Below, piece after piece: positions 28,801-34,487 of a DNA stretch of 64,000 bases. The translations under genes and the position numbers were made by a program. This DNA comes from an uncultured Planctomycetia bacterium. Its GTDB lineage: Bacteria > Omnitrophota > Gorgyraeia > Taenaricolales > CAZCCH01. Numbering within the stretch: position 1 is the first letter of the stretch; every line of letters begins with the position of its first letter. The notes beneath the pieces were generated by a model that searched no databases, had not been told where the DNA came from, and worked only from the letters and a program-made list of their open reading frames with translations. The stretch spans positions 1,885 to 65,884 of the forward strand of contig CAZCCH010000005.1 in the NCBI GenBank assembly GCA_964497315.1. The letters run 5' to 3'.

Positions 28801-29953
28801 TTGCCAAGCCTAAGCCTTCTTGGTCTTTTTCAGATTCTTTGCTTGTTTCAGCAAAGCGAGCCGCAGAGCTTAAAAATCCCAGTTTATCCAAATGCGGGCA
28901 TAAATTATTAAAGCCGTATATTAGAAAATCTGTACCATTTTCAGGGTTGGCTAATTCTTCTGCCAAGCCTTCATTTGATTTTGAAATAATCGCCAGTGAA
29001 ACAAAACCCTTACCGTCTTTCTTAGAACTTGCCATGTCATTTAGCTGATCAGCCCATAGTTGAATTTCAGAATCTTTTATATCTGCACCTGCCTCATCAC
29101 TTAATTCTTTTTGAACATGTCTTAATATACTAGCCTTGCCTTCTTTAAAATAAACGGGCCCATTTGTTCCAAATACCCCATCAAAGCAATTTTCTATTCC
29201 AAGGATTTTTAAAATTCCCTCTGCAACTCTTTGTGTATTACCAGTTCCAATATACATACGAGATCCCAAAGATTTTCGCAGGCTGGATATATGCTTTATA
29301 GCCTCAATAGCACCAGGGAGTCTTTCAGGAAGCTTTCGTTGAAATTCTCTTAAAAGTTCTTCTTCAAAAATTCTAATAAAGGCTTCTGCGAGACTGTCTT
29401 GTCTTGCTAGTCTATTTATTTGGGCTTTGGCAGTTGGGTTATATCTTGAAACAAGTTGTAGAATAAGTTTTTGCAACTGCCTTTCTGGGGTGCCTATTTC
29501 TTCTAAGAGTGCAGGGATTTGGTCAGTTAATAAATCTCCTGCGGTTTTTTTATGAAGGGCTATGCCCTCTCTGAGGTCCTCACCAGTTTTTGGTTCTTTT
29601 GAGGTAAGATTTTTAACCCAGAAGTATAGTTTTCCAAAGTTCCTATCTATTTGCGGTAGGCTATCAATAATAGTACCATCTAAATCAACAACAATGGCCT
29701 TTGGTGTAAGGGGGTTAGCATTGGGATTTACTTTTTGGAATACTTCAACAAAGCGAGAAGGCGCTTCATCTTTCCCAGAAAGCCTTTTTCTTAATTCTTC
29801 TGAAAATCTAGTTTTTCTGGTTGTATCTGGTCTTAGGGTTTCTTGGGAAAAAGAAGAGGCCAAGGCAAACTCTGGCCCTATGAGTGACATTGAGAATGTC
29901 ACCAAAAGCATTATTGATATTATTTTGGGAATATAATAGTTTTTAAACTGCAT
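16808..29953 (-). CDS. Giant 4381-aa secreted multidomain protein. Modules read from the sequence, in order: signal peptide; HAD-like DLDGT segment; PBS-lyase/HEAT-like repeat arrays; caspase-like His/Cys region; HTH_17-like DNA-binding motif; class I SAM methyltransferase; Ser/Thr protein-kinase-like domain; HD phosphohydrolase domain; a second HEAT-like array; GHKL-ATPase-like segment; GNAT acetyltransferase; a second SAM methyltransferase.
   Basis: A continuous 13,146-nt frame with no stops. The N-terminus MQFKNYYIPKIISIMLLVTFSMSLIGPEFALA is signal-peptide-like. HEAT-like repeats such as DEDVHVRRAAVFAVGKIA lie at about 26.6-28.1 kb. The kinase motifs are IGFGGHTYVY, VAVRIEK, HGDLSLLRKN and DPG (22794-23709). 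The HD motif is ALHDIGK (22056-22779). Methyltransferase motifs are DLGTASG...FDFILCHPP (23724-24384) and LLVGDAGG...LRVGGVVY (about 17450-17900). The GNAT motif is LRGVGMELY (about 18650-19080). The motif S-R-F-[STA]-E recurs 14 times at module boundaries. Confidence 0.85.
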   Translation of the reverse strand: MQFKNYYIPKIISIMLLVTFSMSLIGPEFALASSFSQETLRPDTTRKTRFSEELRKRLSGKDEAPSRFVEVFQKVNPNANPLTPKAIVVDLDGTIIDSLPQIDRNFGKLYFWVKNLTSKEPKTGEDLREGIALHKKTAGDLLTDQIPALLEEIGTPERQLQKLILQLVSRYNPTAKAQINRLARQDSLAEAFIRIFEEELLREFQRKLPERLPGAIEAIKHISSLRKSLGSRMYIGTGNTQRVAEGILKILGIENCFDGVFGTNGPVYFKEGKASILRHVQKELSDEAGADIKDSEIQLWADQLNDMASSKKDGKGFVSLAIISKSNEGLAEELANPENGTDFLIYGFNNLCPHLDKLGFLSSAARFAETSKESEKDQEGLGLAMAELSQVNPEARSIFSAPSDLKSTESARPIADRHTQIASTQQKPSRMTGRKMRALHEIDEIVTRMSRDRLKRANALEQIDRNAEKPSVFSSSVEETPPATTRNRLLNRLLLTSGLVAANFIAEHKRTEYYFRQIPEVLQYAIPAPSDGVTFPPEIQELINKKDAETLAMIATSDRNPRRAYWALLGLGRLLNRQNIPYLSYKKIVDLILNIRNTKPKLGRLAVRILRSQMIKIYHENRGIRAVAAYFIGIIGGKDAFDILTGQGIGLNDSNPFVRRFAAIGLGRGASSKDASYDFAWQALASLYTVINDTDTSVRRCAVDAAGDIAKTHRNLILQALKVLGSRLDDEDVHVRRAAVFAVGKIAKYPHAKRILTLLSTKINDGDRSIRESAIATIRRISRYSKSEIALMAVEALVPAINDEDVKIRQNAISAIGVIVSTCSESIPQALELIAPSLDAENVDIARNAVDAIASIGRGHSKMAQQALKLLAPRMNHEETYVRRTTIYNIARIGTAHSGLALRSLHMLIGRLSHTKDVTTTREAIRGIGSIGTAHAEYASMALTALNRAMHTEEYKGNSLLVRAVREIGQAHTELASRVIPMLLTRIDDKYSWIAKIAAEGIGNIACRHPRLAQQAMLEVSKKIKAKDADVRKGSLAAVGKIGTVTPTLARQALAALTAEDTGVNDIDENVAASAARGLTEVFVKYQDLLREDRLRMLFGFIGRYGNREALGPILKTKKDLLKGLLNKIIEQIRQAKSIDSADFNIVLYVLSIPGTPLQQKAEYLRELYKIPTREGINRTKRSLYLLSIASVVQGFSDKERQYCDEHAPHAMECAEKLLANQTNPAYDVIFDKDTNPEQEFNLWLYAPLNSECYVELFDKKMQDAKSVETVGGVTIYKTTLNGKKVTVYFDPRGDSNNYRGEIFEHAGKPKVHGMFYSGHTGMGGNLVRALETAPDVDMLQASHQIIGMLSCDSSRAYLGPAKVLFPLAQFVITTTSTSANYDPDTFWIIIDGITQELPWPVIKKRVREKVAENRARWIAQGGKALDPRYLFPHEREEQFRCMDLDGDGRPDQTPEGIIFMPRLGIIIPSNRPTLDREIVNIDMSRVRTAKGSHAVHTVAYYFGFNDYLLDLKEKMIPAGFIAPHYGDSEEACFVSKDTVGDSEAIYKISINKGYIHKHEAVITMMLFQELNEHFTAEKKGHMTNLDRALARVRTLQMVVDFIDRYRQRWSFVTDLFPEFLEKYEYPKVSLDAIRKTMDKYTDADRQTAIEKLLKTLGCEEDINRDLLKREGLLSRFSEQDVPLQFDIQETTPNITHSRFSEAENADALEDFDKMLDQHKPDAFTLYKDSLPRKITLEQAYVRLRKYRFKKTGDLSPNRELWYRRKPKKTKKTYTSSQAAGKLGITKTWVNKLTDRMEEEGLIDIPTNRKGHRVYSSEHIRAIRRYSARISRDRDNGRNKKKTAKKKASSSSRFSEIQPKTVRHMYTGDSLRISQGTYDYLARSYKIIAYLKTNRIDLAGKDIWDLGTASGVLGMYAAGEGGHVVATDIKETACEDAKYNVEQAGLQDRMEVRQGDFDECLSDDEKFDFILCHPPLFPTPIYGTDPNTYDEQFTFIKKLLASLSKRLKEGGRLIILYPNKELVDWAKWNVRYGVFDIEALRDNLKTQGLEIKRPAKTRLRYFVPSDSIVWDIEKQAARFSEDGASRWKFGMQNAKCPKKQGDMGTQSIQDVNFWRRIYLPLARRGLIIEEQIGFGGHTYVYRAVDPKKGENFQVAVRIEKGEGHSKIENLQIAKGLIAKMNGAPPALVNIITAGTISTSGTGEKLTYHELEYVDGPSLIEALPEMPGLNRRLWIIAQVFEGIAFLHDKKVFHGDLSLLRKNILLDSQGYPKIIDPGYGHGSFVSANDVTQVRHTGLRNIEKTLYDIQDLALVAYQILLGPDTEIPDTLETAEEELQNARVKKTPSAQQMAHLASLIYDMKQGECNSMADVSKRFQSIFPNIASYGPVRFSEIRPPLRHELAKIVSNVDIETVYTELHSSRKLSGSITPLLDHIQRVRIDAATLAEELKVDEPDRKVLDAAAALHDIGKLYRRNLWKLVFSSKVVSEDPDDPERQLIDKHAGFSVELLEILGINVSDDVKTLIRNHHHPERIKDARLRRLCEILLLVDVMDALLDDRSYKEAKWHVSDHWGFIEKFPEISESYYLQGKCLHWDIREALLGLIFRGTFNGGLYPNLTRESFENGPPVDDSTTEEARFSEVDDFQTRQRNPFRIIDNINASIFLATTPHGDERYKPERILAIEWLTSVLVDGEIPHAYQQDVDMAKEAIDTLISLLHDPDNTVCMNAAAGLVYADKTRRERFSTTTSGYIPLRSLQTAVTVLRKELVSLPAGDIDKITCIDALSDLGQIDGLSEEAPILLVGAGNSLHSALAKERNNPQIASELVDALVWYATDKTIVAIVPLLQNEDEQLQQRTAIALAHILESNKLNEELAKHKTAIAEFLPNRLVWNLSTYRHNPLAIADGIDKTAKEMKAFFNLCRQVRDDIVIIDDREQLAKYFFEEIGKNGLCARSNLNIAKLIKENTDGRYRIDELEECYEQGLVTLEAIHKQIMDGIRETRLRMALRLEGGTLHLEVSNNSHPGELKAKIEKKLALADSGDGLLEHPEKAVDFSLFGGIEKHHELEGVLKIGALQLSALGGGIFLLRRFAKNRNGDMEVSFDDHWTTFSFYIPLDSSSDKVEEGSSRFAELIKQDVESWLEAELITKQDRPDTIYEDPETIKQNMQQIASMEVSKEERYHLMKLAIELAERTALNKPETAKKLGIDLDRKDEYPTLWAQKDKSGHSLDDIDDEATAIETKHPYFVHMSEKPPVDFSPEDINIFLGDISVNPYKKLDDSSSFAEISPVPAYPTLMEIIPADERQALMNELRKLGFSGGESEILGQISLSSNSVRKVRAFDSSSKLLQNALQLDLIREDLRRLINKKLESGEEKNLAYCVVGLGLVPRETLQLVRSSVEILKEVVGAEAAKEWQIQVVGIDPDELVLKNAKPIFKKTSSSYKKEHGIDVSMQVHEGNAFNRKGLVDIVKVFGTKADYLVHRYSPHMMNNLAKNGLLTKGIITELSHELISRIQNLVKIYIAVSNLIEVFAKPGSRFIIDPLKEIVNLGGNIAPVFLPPNARIVTVRELMTDDIASKWSPTELPFVLCNERHVSNQGTGIIEIIGIHPTGLEAFLDAIENSTAVPSRFTEIKGDAIQPREVLVLNQRENQPEKITIKQLTRLDPNFEKIRQGRFGWSREELYSNKEVFLGIREGCDYALEANRRKYIIVATRNDDSIVDGSYTIIIDGTGTIKMKTIEISPKNRDKNNPELRGVGMELYKAAIDFAIGAGYLTHETPLTQPLLQCLPMSRAGRAIAEKVGLAEFDASRPVKSWNRKTALLFYIRQSLLSTDHPMDTGELLNEDNLGMAYSEAETKDVIEMLLRSGQIRQVNSRYINVKNPYWQEDRGTGFGPARFVENPLLGAQDSALSRSLLSGNKIVKLSASDRYAWALTVLEKIGQLTGLPFDGNVDNSLDTIDYAKLVFSRYKEQPALEASLPLADAFLALNLLPVRGRHPYRTDDNLADSFSNMDMLFSNNISDEIRLQHEELGRPVRVLLVGDAGGLTAISIMDLFEDSVEIHSYNKEPDLTFEFDTAVRQCLMVSGLSHVTPRKIEGYLEQIKQRCYPVNVEEDELLQDDLSEGFDVIIVCRKTAQYFHDKFKTLERLRKSLRVGGVVYANVEPVDYRTTASEEFKREAMYEALLKLSSTEPSLSLIPNNVYNIFMALRNTGKPFRFPFTLHSATYDWEESNYFPILFNYYLPAEIDPSRFTETETLTDEIIGQTSLDVTTGIILGPSSLAEGVASIRDHFAEGVLVAAVVPSSDTRYRGLIAELNETLPDDETIKVFDSARDAGLWLYSQGAQIVRYIATSAQEAKEALLVPFVTEAHVILEATLEKLQELKVIQEFKRNI

Positions 29954-30305
29954 ATCAGATTGTAAAGAGTTTTATATTGCCATTGATAGACTTTAATTTA
30001 ACTAAAAAGTGTCATAAAAAATCAGTTTTAATACTAAAAAATAGCTTACTTTTTAATTTACTAATGAGCTAATTACATCACTTACCATATATAACACATT
30101 AATAAGTGCTTTCTTACTTTTTTATTTGCTAACAATATTTTAACTTAAATAAATATATATAGTTATGTATGAAAATTTTTTAAGATTTTTAGGGTTTTTT
30201 AGGTTAAATAGAAGTGTATTTTTTGGTTAAAAAAGGTCTTTAAGATTAAGCAAAAAATAGAGATAGGCTTAATAAAGGGATTTTTTATTTTCATGAAAAA
30301 TTGAC

Positions 30306-30333
30306 TTGACATATCGAATTTACATGGTATAAT
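30306..30333 (+). promoter_or_regulatory. Sigma70-type promoter abutting the ATG, implying a leaderless or near-leaderless mRNA
   Basis: TTGACA (30306-30311), 16-nt spacer, TATAAT (30328-30333). The ATG at 30340 is only 6 nt downstream and has no SD. Confidence 0.5.
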
Positions 30334-30339
30334 TAAAAC

Positions 30340-31497
30340 ATGGAAATCAAGCGCACTAAAGAACTAAAACTTTTAAGGGAAAGGCTTAAAGGGAATCCAG
30401 TCGTTGCCATCCTTGGGCCTAGGCAGTGCGGCAAGACGACACTAGCAAGGCAGTTTGCCCGCACTACTCCTAAGGACAAAGTGCACATTTTTGACCTTGA
30501 AGACCCGAGGGATCTTGCACGGCTTGATAACCCTACATTGGTTTTTGAAAACCTGCATGGCTATATCATAATTGATGAAATTCAAAGGAGGTCGGAACTT
30601 TTTCCGGTTTTGCGCGTATTTGTAGATAAAAACTCAACAGCAAAATACATAATTTTAGGAAGTGCATCCCGTAACTTAATAGCGCAGAGCTCCGAATCGT
30701 TGGCTGGCCGGATTAGCTATATTGAAATGGGCGGTTTTTGCCTGGAGCATGTTGCAAAAAAAGATTTAAAGAAATTATGGATAAGGGGTAGCTTTCCCCG
30801 CTCCTTTCTTGCTGCAAATGAACACTCATCTTTTCAATGGAGAGAAGATTTTATAACTACGTTTCTTGAACGGGATATCCCAAATCTTGGAATAAAGATA
30901 CCTGCCCGCACATTGAGACGTTTTTGGATGATGTTGGCACATTATCACGGCCAGATATTCAATGCATCTGAAATAGGAAGGAGCCTCTCGGTATCCGACC
31001 ATACCGCAAGGCGGTATCTGGATATACTTTCTGGGACATTCCTTATCCGGCAGTTACAACCATGGTATTACAATACAAAAAAAAGACTTATCAAACGGCC
31101 AAAATTATATTTTAGGGACAGCGGTATTTTACATGCACTGCTTTCTGTGGAAAATTATCGCAATATGATTACACATCCTAAACTTGGCACCTCTTGGGAA
31201 GGATTTGCCCTTGGGCAAACTGTTGAATTTTTGAATTTGAATGAAGCGGAAACTTTTTTTTGGGCAGTACATACCGGAGCAGAGTTAGATTTACTGTTTT
31301 CCCGCAAAGGGAAGATGTGGGGTGTTGAAGTTAAATACACCGAATCTCCAAAATTGACTAAGTCAATGAAGACGGCCCTAGAAGAACTTTCCTTGGCCCA
31401 CCTTTGGGTGATATATCCAGGGCAGGAAGTTTTTTCTCTGGATGAGCGCGTTACAGCAATTCCCCTCCAAAACCTTCAAAGTATTAAAGTCCAATAA
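30340..31497 (+). CDS. AAA+ ATPase of the AAA_14/DUF4143 family, a paralog of 5169..6359
   Basis: GPRQCGKTTLARQF and KRPKLYFRDSGILHAL. The protein is collinear with 5169..6359. Confidence 0.7.
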   Translation: MEIKRTKELKLLRERLKGNPVVAILGPRQCGKTTLARQFARTTPKDKVHIFDLEDPRDLARLDNPTLVFENLHGYIIIDEIQRRSELFPVLRVFVDKNSTAKYIILGSASRNLIAQSSESLAGRISYIEMGGFCLEHVAKKDLKKLWIRGSFPRSFLAANEHSSFQWREDFITTFLERDIPNLGIKIPARTLRRFWMMLAHYHGQIFNASEIGRSLSVSDHTARRYLDILSGTFLIRQLQPWYYNTKKRLIKRPKLYFRDSGILHALLSVENYRNMITHPKLGTSWEGFALGQTVEFLNLNEAETFFWAVHTGAELDLLFSRKGKMWGVEVKYTESPKLTKSMKTALEELSLAHLWVIYPGQEVFSLDERVTAIPLQNLQSIKVQ

Positions 31498-31558
31498 ATT
31501 ACCTAAATTAAGAAAATCAAAAGCTAGATTTTAGTGGAATTTCCTCAAAATTTCTTCA

Positions 31559-31587
31559 TTGACAAGATACTTACCTTATATTATGAT
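31559..31587 (+). promoter_or_regulatory. Sigma70-type promoter
   Basis: TTGACA, 17-nt spacer, TATGAT, followed by ATAATA. Confidence 0.5.
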
Positions 31588-31660
31588 ATAATATACCACT
31601 AAACCCACCATAATAGTCATTAAAACAACCTAATAGCTCATCGCAGAAAGGATTTTCAAA

Positions 31661-33724
31661 ATGGCAGATTATACACCTGATAAGATTCGCAATGTAGCGT
31701 TGCTGGCGCATTCCAGCGCTGGAAAAACTTCATTGGCTGAAGCACTGCTTTATGGTGCAAAGACAACGACCAGACTTGGCAGCATTGATGCCGTCAATAC
31801 GGTTTCAGATTATAACTCAGATGAAATAGAACGAAAGATTTCAATAACCGCATCTGTGTTAAATGCCAAATGGAACGAACATAAAATCAACCTAATAGAC
31901 ACACCCGGTTATTCTGATTTTATCGGAGAGATGCTTGCTTCTTTAAGAGCTGTAGATTCAGCAGTTGTTTTAGTATGCGGCCTAAATGGTGTTGAGGTAG
32001 GAACAGAAAAAGTTTGGGATCTCTTAGAGCAGGTTAGTATGCCAAGAATCGTTTTTGTAAACAGACTTGATAAAGAAAATGCTGATTTTTACAAGGTCCT
32101 TTCTGAAATCCAAGAAAGACTTGGAAAAAAATGTGTACCCGCTCAGGTACCAATAGGCAAAGAAACCTCCTTTAAAGACGTTGTTAATATAATCAAGTCT
32201 GAGGATTTAGAAAAAGCCGGGCTTTCCGAGGAAGAAAAAGAGCAAGCAAATAAATTCAGAGAAGCATTAATTGAGGCCGCTGCAGAAAGCGATGATAAAT
32301 TATTAGAAAAATATTTAGATGCAGGTGAGCTTTCTCAAGAAGAATTCTTAAGTGGTTTAAAGACAGCTGTGCAAACAGGAAAGGTTGTGCCTGTTTTATG
32401 CGGAGCTGCTACAAAAGAAATCGGCACAAAGCCTCTTTTAGACTTTTTAGTAAATTATAGCCCCCCACCTGTTATAAAGGATGAAGTCAAAGGCAAAAAG
32501 CCTGATAGCGATGAAGAAGAAACGCGTAAGCTCACAATTGATGAACCATTTAGTGCCTTTGTGTTTAAAACGATTTCAGATCCGTATGTAGGTCAACTAA
32601 GTGTATTCAGAGTATTTTCAGGGATACTTAAGTCTGATACGGGATTTTATAATTCTACTAAGCAGACCAAGGAAAGAATAGGCCAGCTATTAATATTAAA
32701 TGGAAAGGAACAATCCACTATTCAAGAAGCAGTCGCAGGTGATATATGCGCAGTAGCAAAACTAAAGGGGACCGTTACCTCAGATACAATATGCGTGCAA
32801 TCTAATCCTATTGTATTTAATCCTATAGCATTTCCAGAACCTGCTATTTCCCAGGCTGTAAAACCGCATTCAAGGGCAGATGAAGAAAAAATATCAGATG
32901 CCCTGGCAAAACTTTCAGGTGAAGACTTAACCTTTAAAATAAGCAGAGACATACAGACAAAAGAATTAATTATATCAGGACTTGGGGATTTACATCTTGA
33001 GATAATGGTAAGCCGCCTGAAGAAGCGCTTTAATGTTTCCGTAGATGTAGGTGTACCAAAGGTTGCATATAAAGAGACAATAACCCAAGGCGCAGATGTA
33101 CAAGGAAAGTACAAAAGGCAAACTGGCGGAAGAGGTCAATATGGAGATGTATGGATTAAAATAGAGCCATTGCCAAGCGGCGGGGACTTTGAATTTGTAA
33201 ACCAGATAGTAGGAGGTGCCATCCCCAGAAATTATATACCCTCTGTAGAAAAAGGGATGAGAGCGGCAATGCAAGAGGGTGCTGTGGCAGGTTATCCTTT
33301 GGTAGACATAAAAGTAATGCTGTATGATGGTTCATATCATCAGGTTGACTCTTCTGATATGGCATTTCAGATAGCAGGTTCCATGGCCTTAAAGAAGGCC
33401 GTGTTAGAGGCAAAACCTGTATTACTTGAACCTGTCATGGATGCGGAGATAGTTGTCCCTGAAGAATTCATGGGTGGCATAACTGGAAATGTAAACTCAA
33501 GAAGAGGCCGCATAATGGGAATGGAGGCCAAGGGAAAGGTTCAAGTCGTCAAGGCACAAATACCGCTAGCGGAAATGCTAAAATATGCATCTGAGTTAAA
33601 GTCAATTACAGGAGGAAGGGGCTCTTATACTATGAGATTTTCTCACTATGAACAAGTACCCCAAAAAATTGCACAACAGATTATTAGCATGTCTCAAGCA
33701 GCGAAGGAAGAAGAAAAGAAATAA
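31661..33724 (+). CDS. Elongation factor G family GTPase (EF-G paralog, 687 aa) with a non-canonical G1 motif AHSSAGKT
   Basis: N-terminal GTPase motifs AHSSAGKTS, DTPGYSDF and NRLD, plus EF-G domain II-V-like sequence. It does not lie in an rpsL-rpsG-fusA context. Confidence 0.65.
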   Translation: MADYTPDKIRNVALLAHSSAGKTSLAEALLYGAKTTTRLGSIDAVNTVSDYNSDEIERKISITASVLNAKWNEHKINLIDTPGYSDFIGEMLASLRAVDSAVVLVCGLNGVEVGTEKVWDLLEQVSMPRIVFVNRLDKENADFYKVLSEIQERLGKKCVPAQVPIGKETSFKDVVNIIKSEDLEKAGLSEEEKEQANKFREALIEAAAESDDKLLEKYLDAGELSQEEFLSGLKTAVQTGKVVPVLCGAATKEIGTKPLLDFLVNYSPPPVIKDEVKGKKPDSDEEETRKLTIDEPFSAFVFKTISDPYVGQLSVFRVFSGILKSDTGFYNSTKQTKERIGQLLILNGKEQSTIQEAVAGDICAVAKLKGTVTSDTICVQSNPIVFNPIAFPEPAISQAVKPHSRADEEKISDALAKLSGEDLTFKISRDIQTKELIISGLGDLHLEIMVSRLKKRFNVSVDVGVPKVAYKETITQGADVQGKYKRQTGGRGQYGDVWIKIEPLPSGGDFEFVNQIVGGAIPRNYIPSVEKGMRAAMQEGAVAGYPLVDIKVMLYDGSYHQVDSSDMAFQIAGSMALKKAVLEAKPVLLEPVMDAEIVVPEEFMGGITGNVNSRRGRIMGMEAKGKVQVVKAQIPLAEMLKYASELKSITGGRGSYTMRFSHYEQVPQKIAQQIISMSQAAKEEEKK

Positions 33725-33740
33725 CTAGGGAGAGGAAACT

Positions 33741-34487
33741 ATGTCAGGACATTCTAAGTGGGCTGGAATAAAACATAAAAAGGCATTAGTGGATGCCAAA
33801 AGAGGAAAGCTTTTCAGTAAAATTGCAAAAGAACTTACAGTTGCAGCCAAAACAGGTGGCGGCAATGCTACTACTAACCCTGCTCTAAGGCTCGCGATTT
33901 CTAAAGCAAAAAATGCAAATATGCCTTCGGACAATGTAGACAGGGCCATAAAAAAAGGCACAGGGGAATTACCCGGTGTAAATTATGAGTCTATTTCTTA
34001 TGAAGGGTATGGACCTGCAGGAGTAGCTGTTTTAGTTGAGGCCCTAACAGATAATAAAAACCGCACCACTGCTGAGGTGAGGAGTATTTTTACCAAAAGA
34101 AGTGGAAATATGGCAGGGCAAGGTTCTGTATCCTGGATGTTTAATAAAAAAGGATATTTTCTTATTGAGAAGACAAAGATAGACGAAGATACATTGATGG
34201 ACATAGTTTTAGATGCAGGCGCAGAAGACTTAAAAGTTGATGAGTCAAATTTTGAAGTTACCTGTAATATAAGAGATTTTGACAAGGTGAGGCAGGCATT
34301 GAAAGAAAAATCAATAGAGCCACAGGTAGCAGAGCTAACAATGGTCCCCACAAGCACAATTAAAGTAACAGGGGAGCGGGCCAAGCAAGTGTTGGGCCTT
34401 GTTGAGTCTTTAGAAGATCACGATGATGTGCAGAACGTATATGCTAACTTTGACATCCCCGATGAGGTATTAGAGCAGGTTGAGTAA
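33741..34487 (+). CDS. yebC: YebC/PmpR family transcriptional regulator
   Basis: MSGHSKWAGIKHKKALVDAKRGKLFSKIAKEL is the canonical YebC N-terminus. It sits upstream of ruvC. Confidence 0.9.
   Translation: MSGHSKWAGIKHKKALVDAKRGKLFSKIAKELTVAAKTGGGNATTNPALRLAISKAKNANMPSDNVDRAIKKGTGELPGVNYESISYEGYGPAGVAVLVEALTDNKNRTTAEVRSIFTKRSGNMAGQGSVSWMFNKKGYFLIEKTKIDEDTLMDIVLDAGAEDLKVDESNFEVTCNIRDFDKVRQALKEKSIEPQVAELTMVPTSTIKVTGERAKQVLGLVESLEDHDDVQNVYANFDIPDEVLEQVE

Noticed and set aside
17793-29936. About 25 plus-strand ORFs of 60-206 aa inside the giant gene (e.g. 28428-29048, 24651-25139).
   Set aside because: All are antisense to the uninterrupted 13-kb frame, whose translation shows coherent domain motifs. 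None has an RBS or a recognisable domain.
16808-29953. Possibility that the giant ORF is an artefact of several adjacent genes fused by sequencing or assembly error.
   Set aside because: There are no stops over 13,146 nt in one frame. The recurrent linker motif is encoded in the same frame throughout, and domain motifs are in frame on both sides of every linker. It still deserves read-level confirmation.
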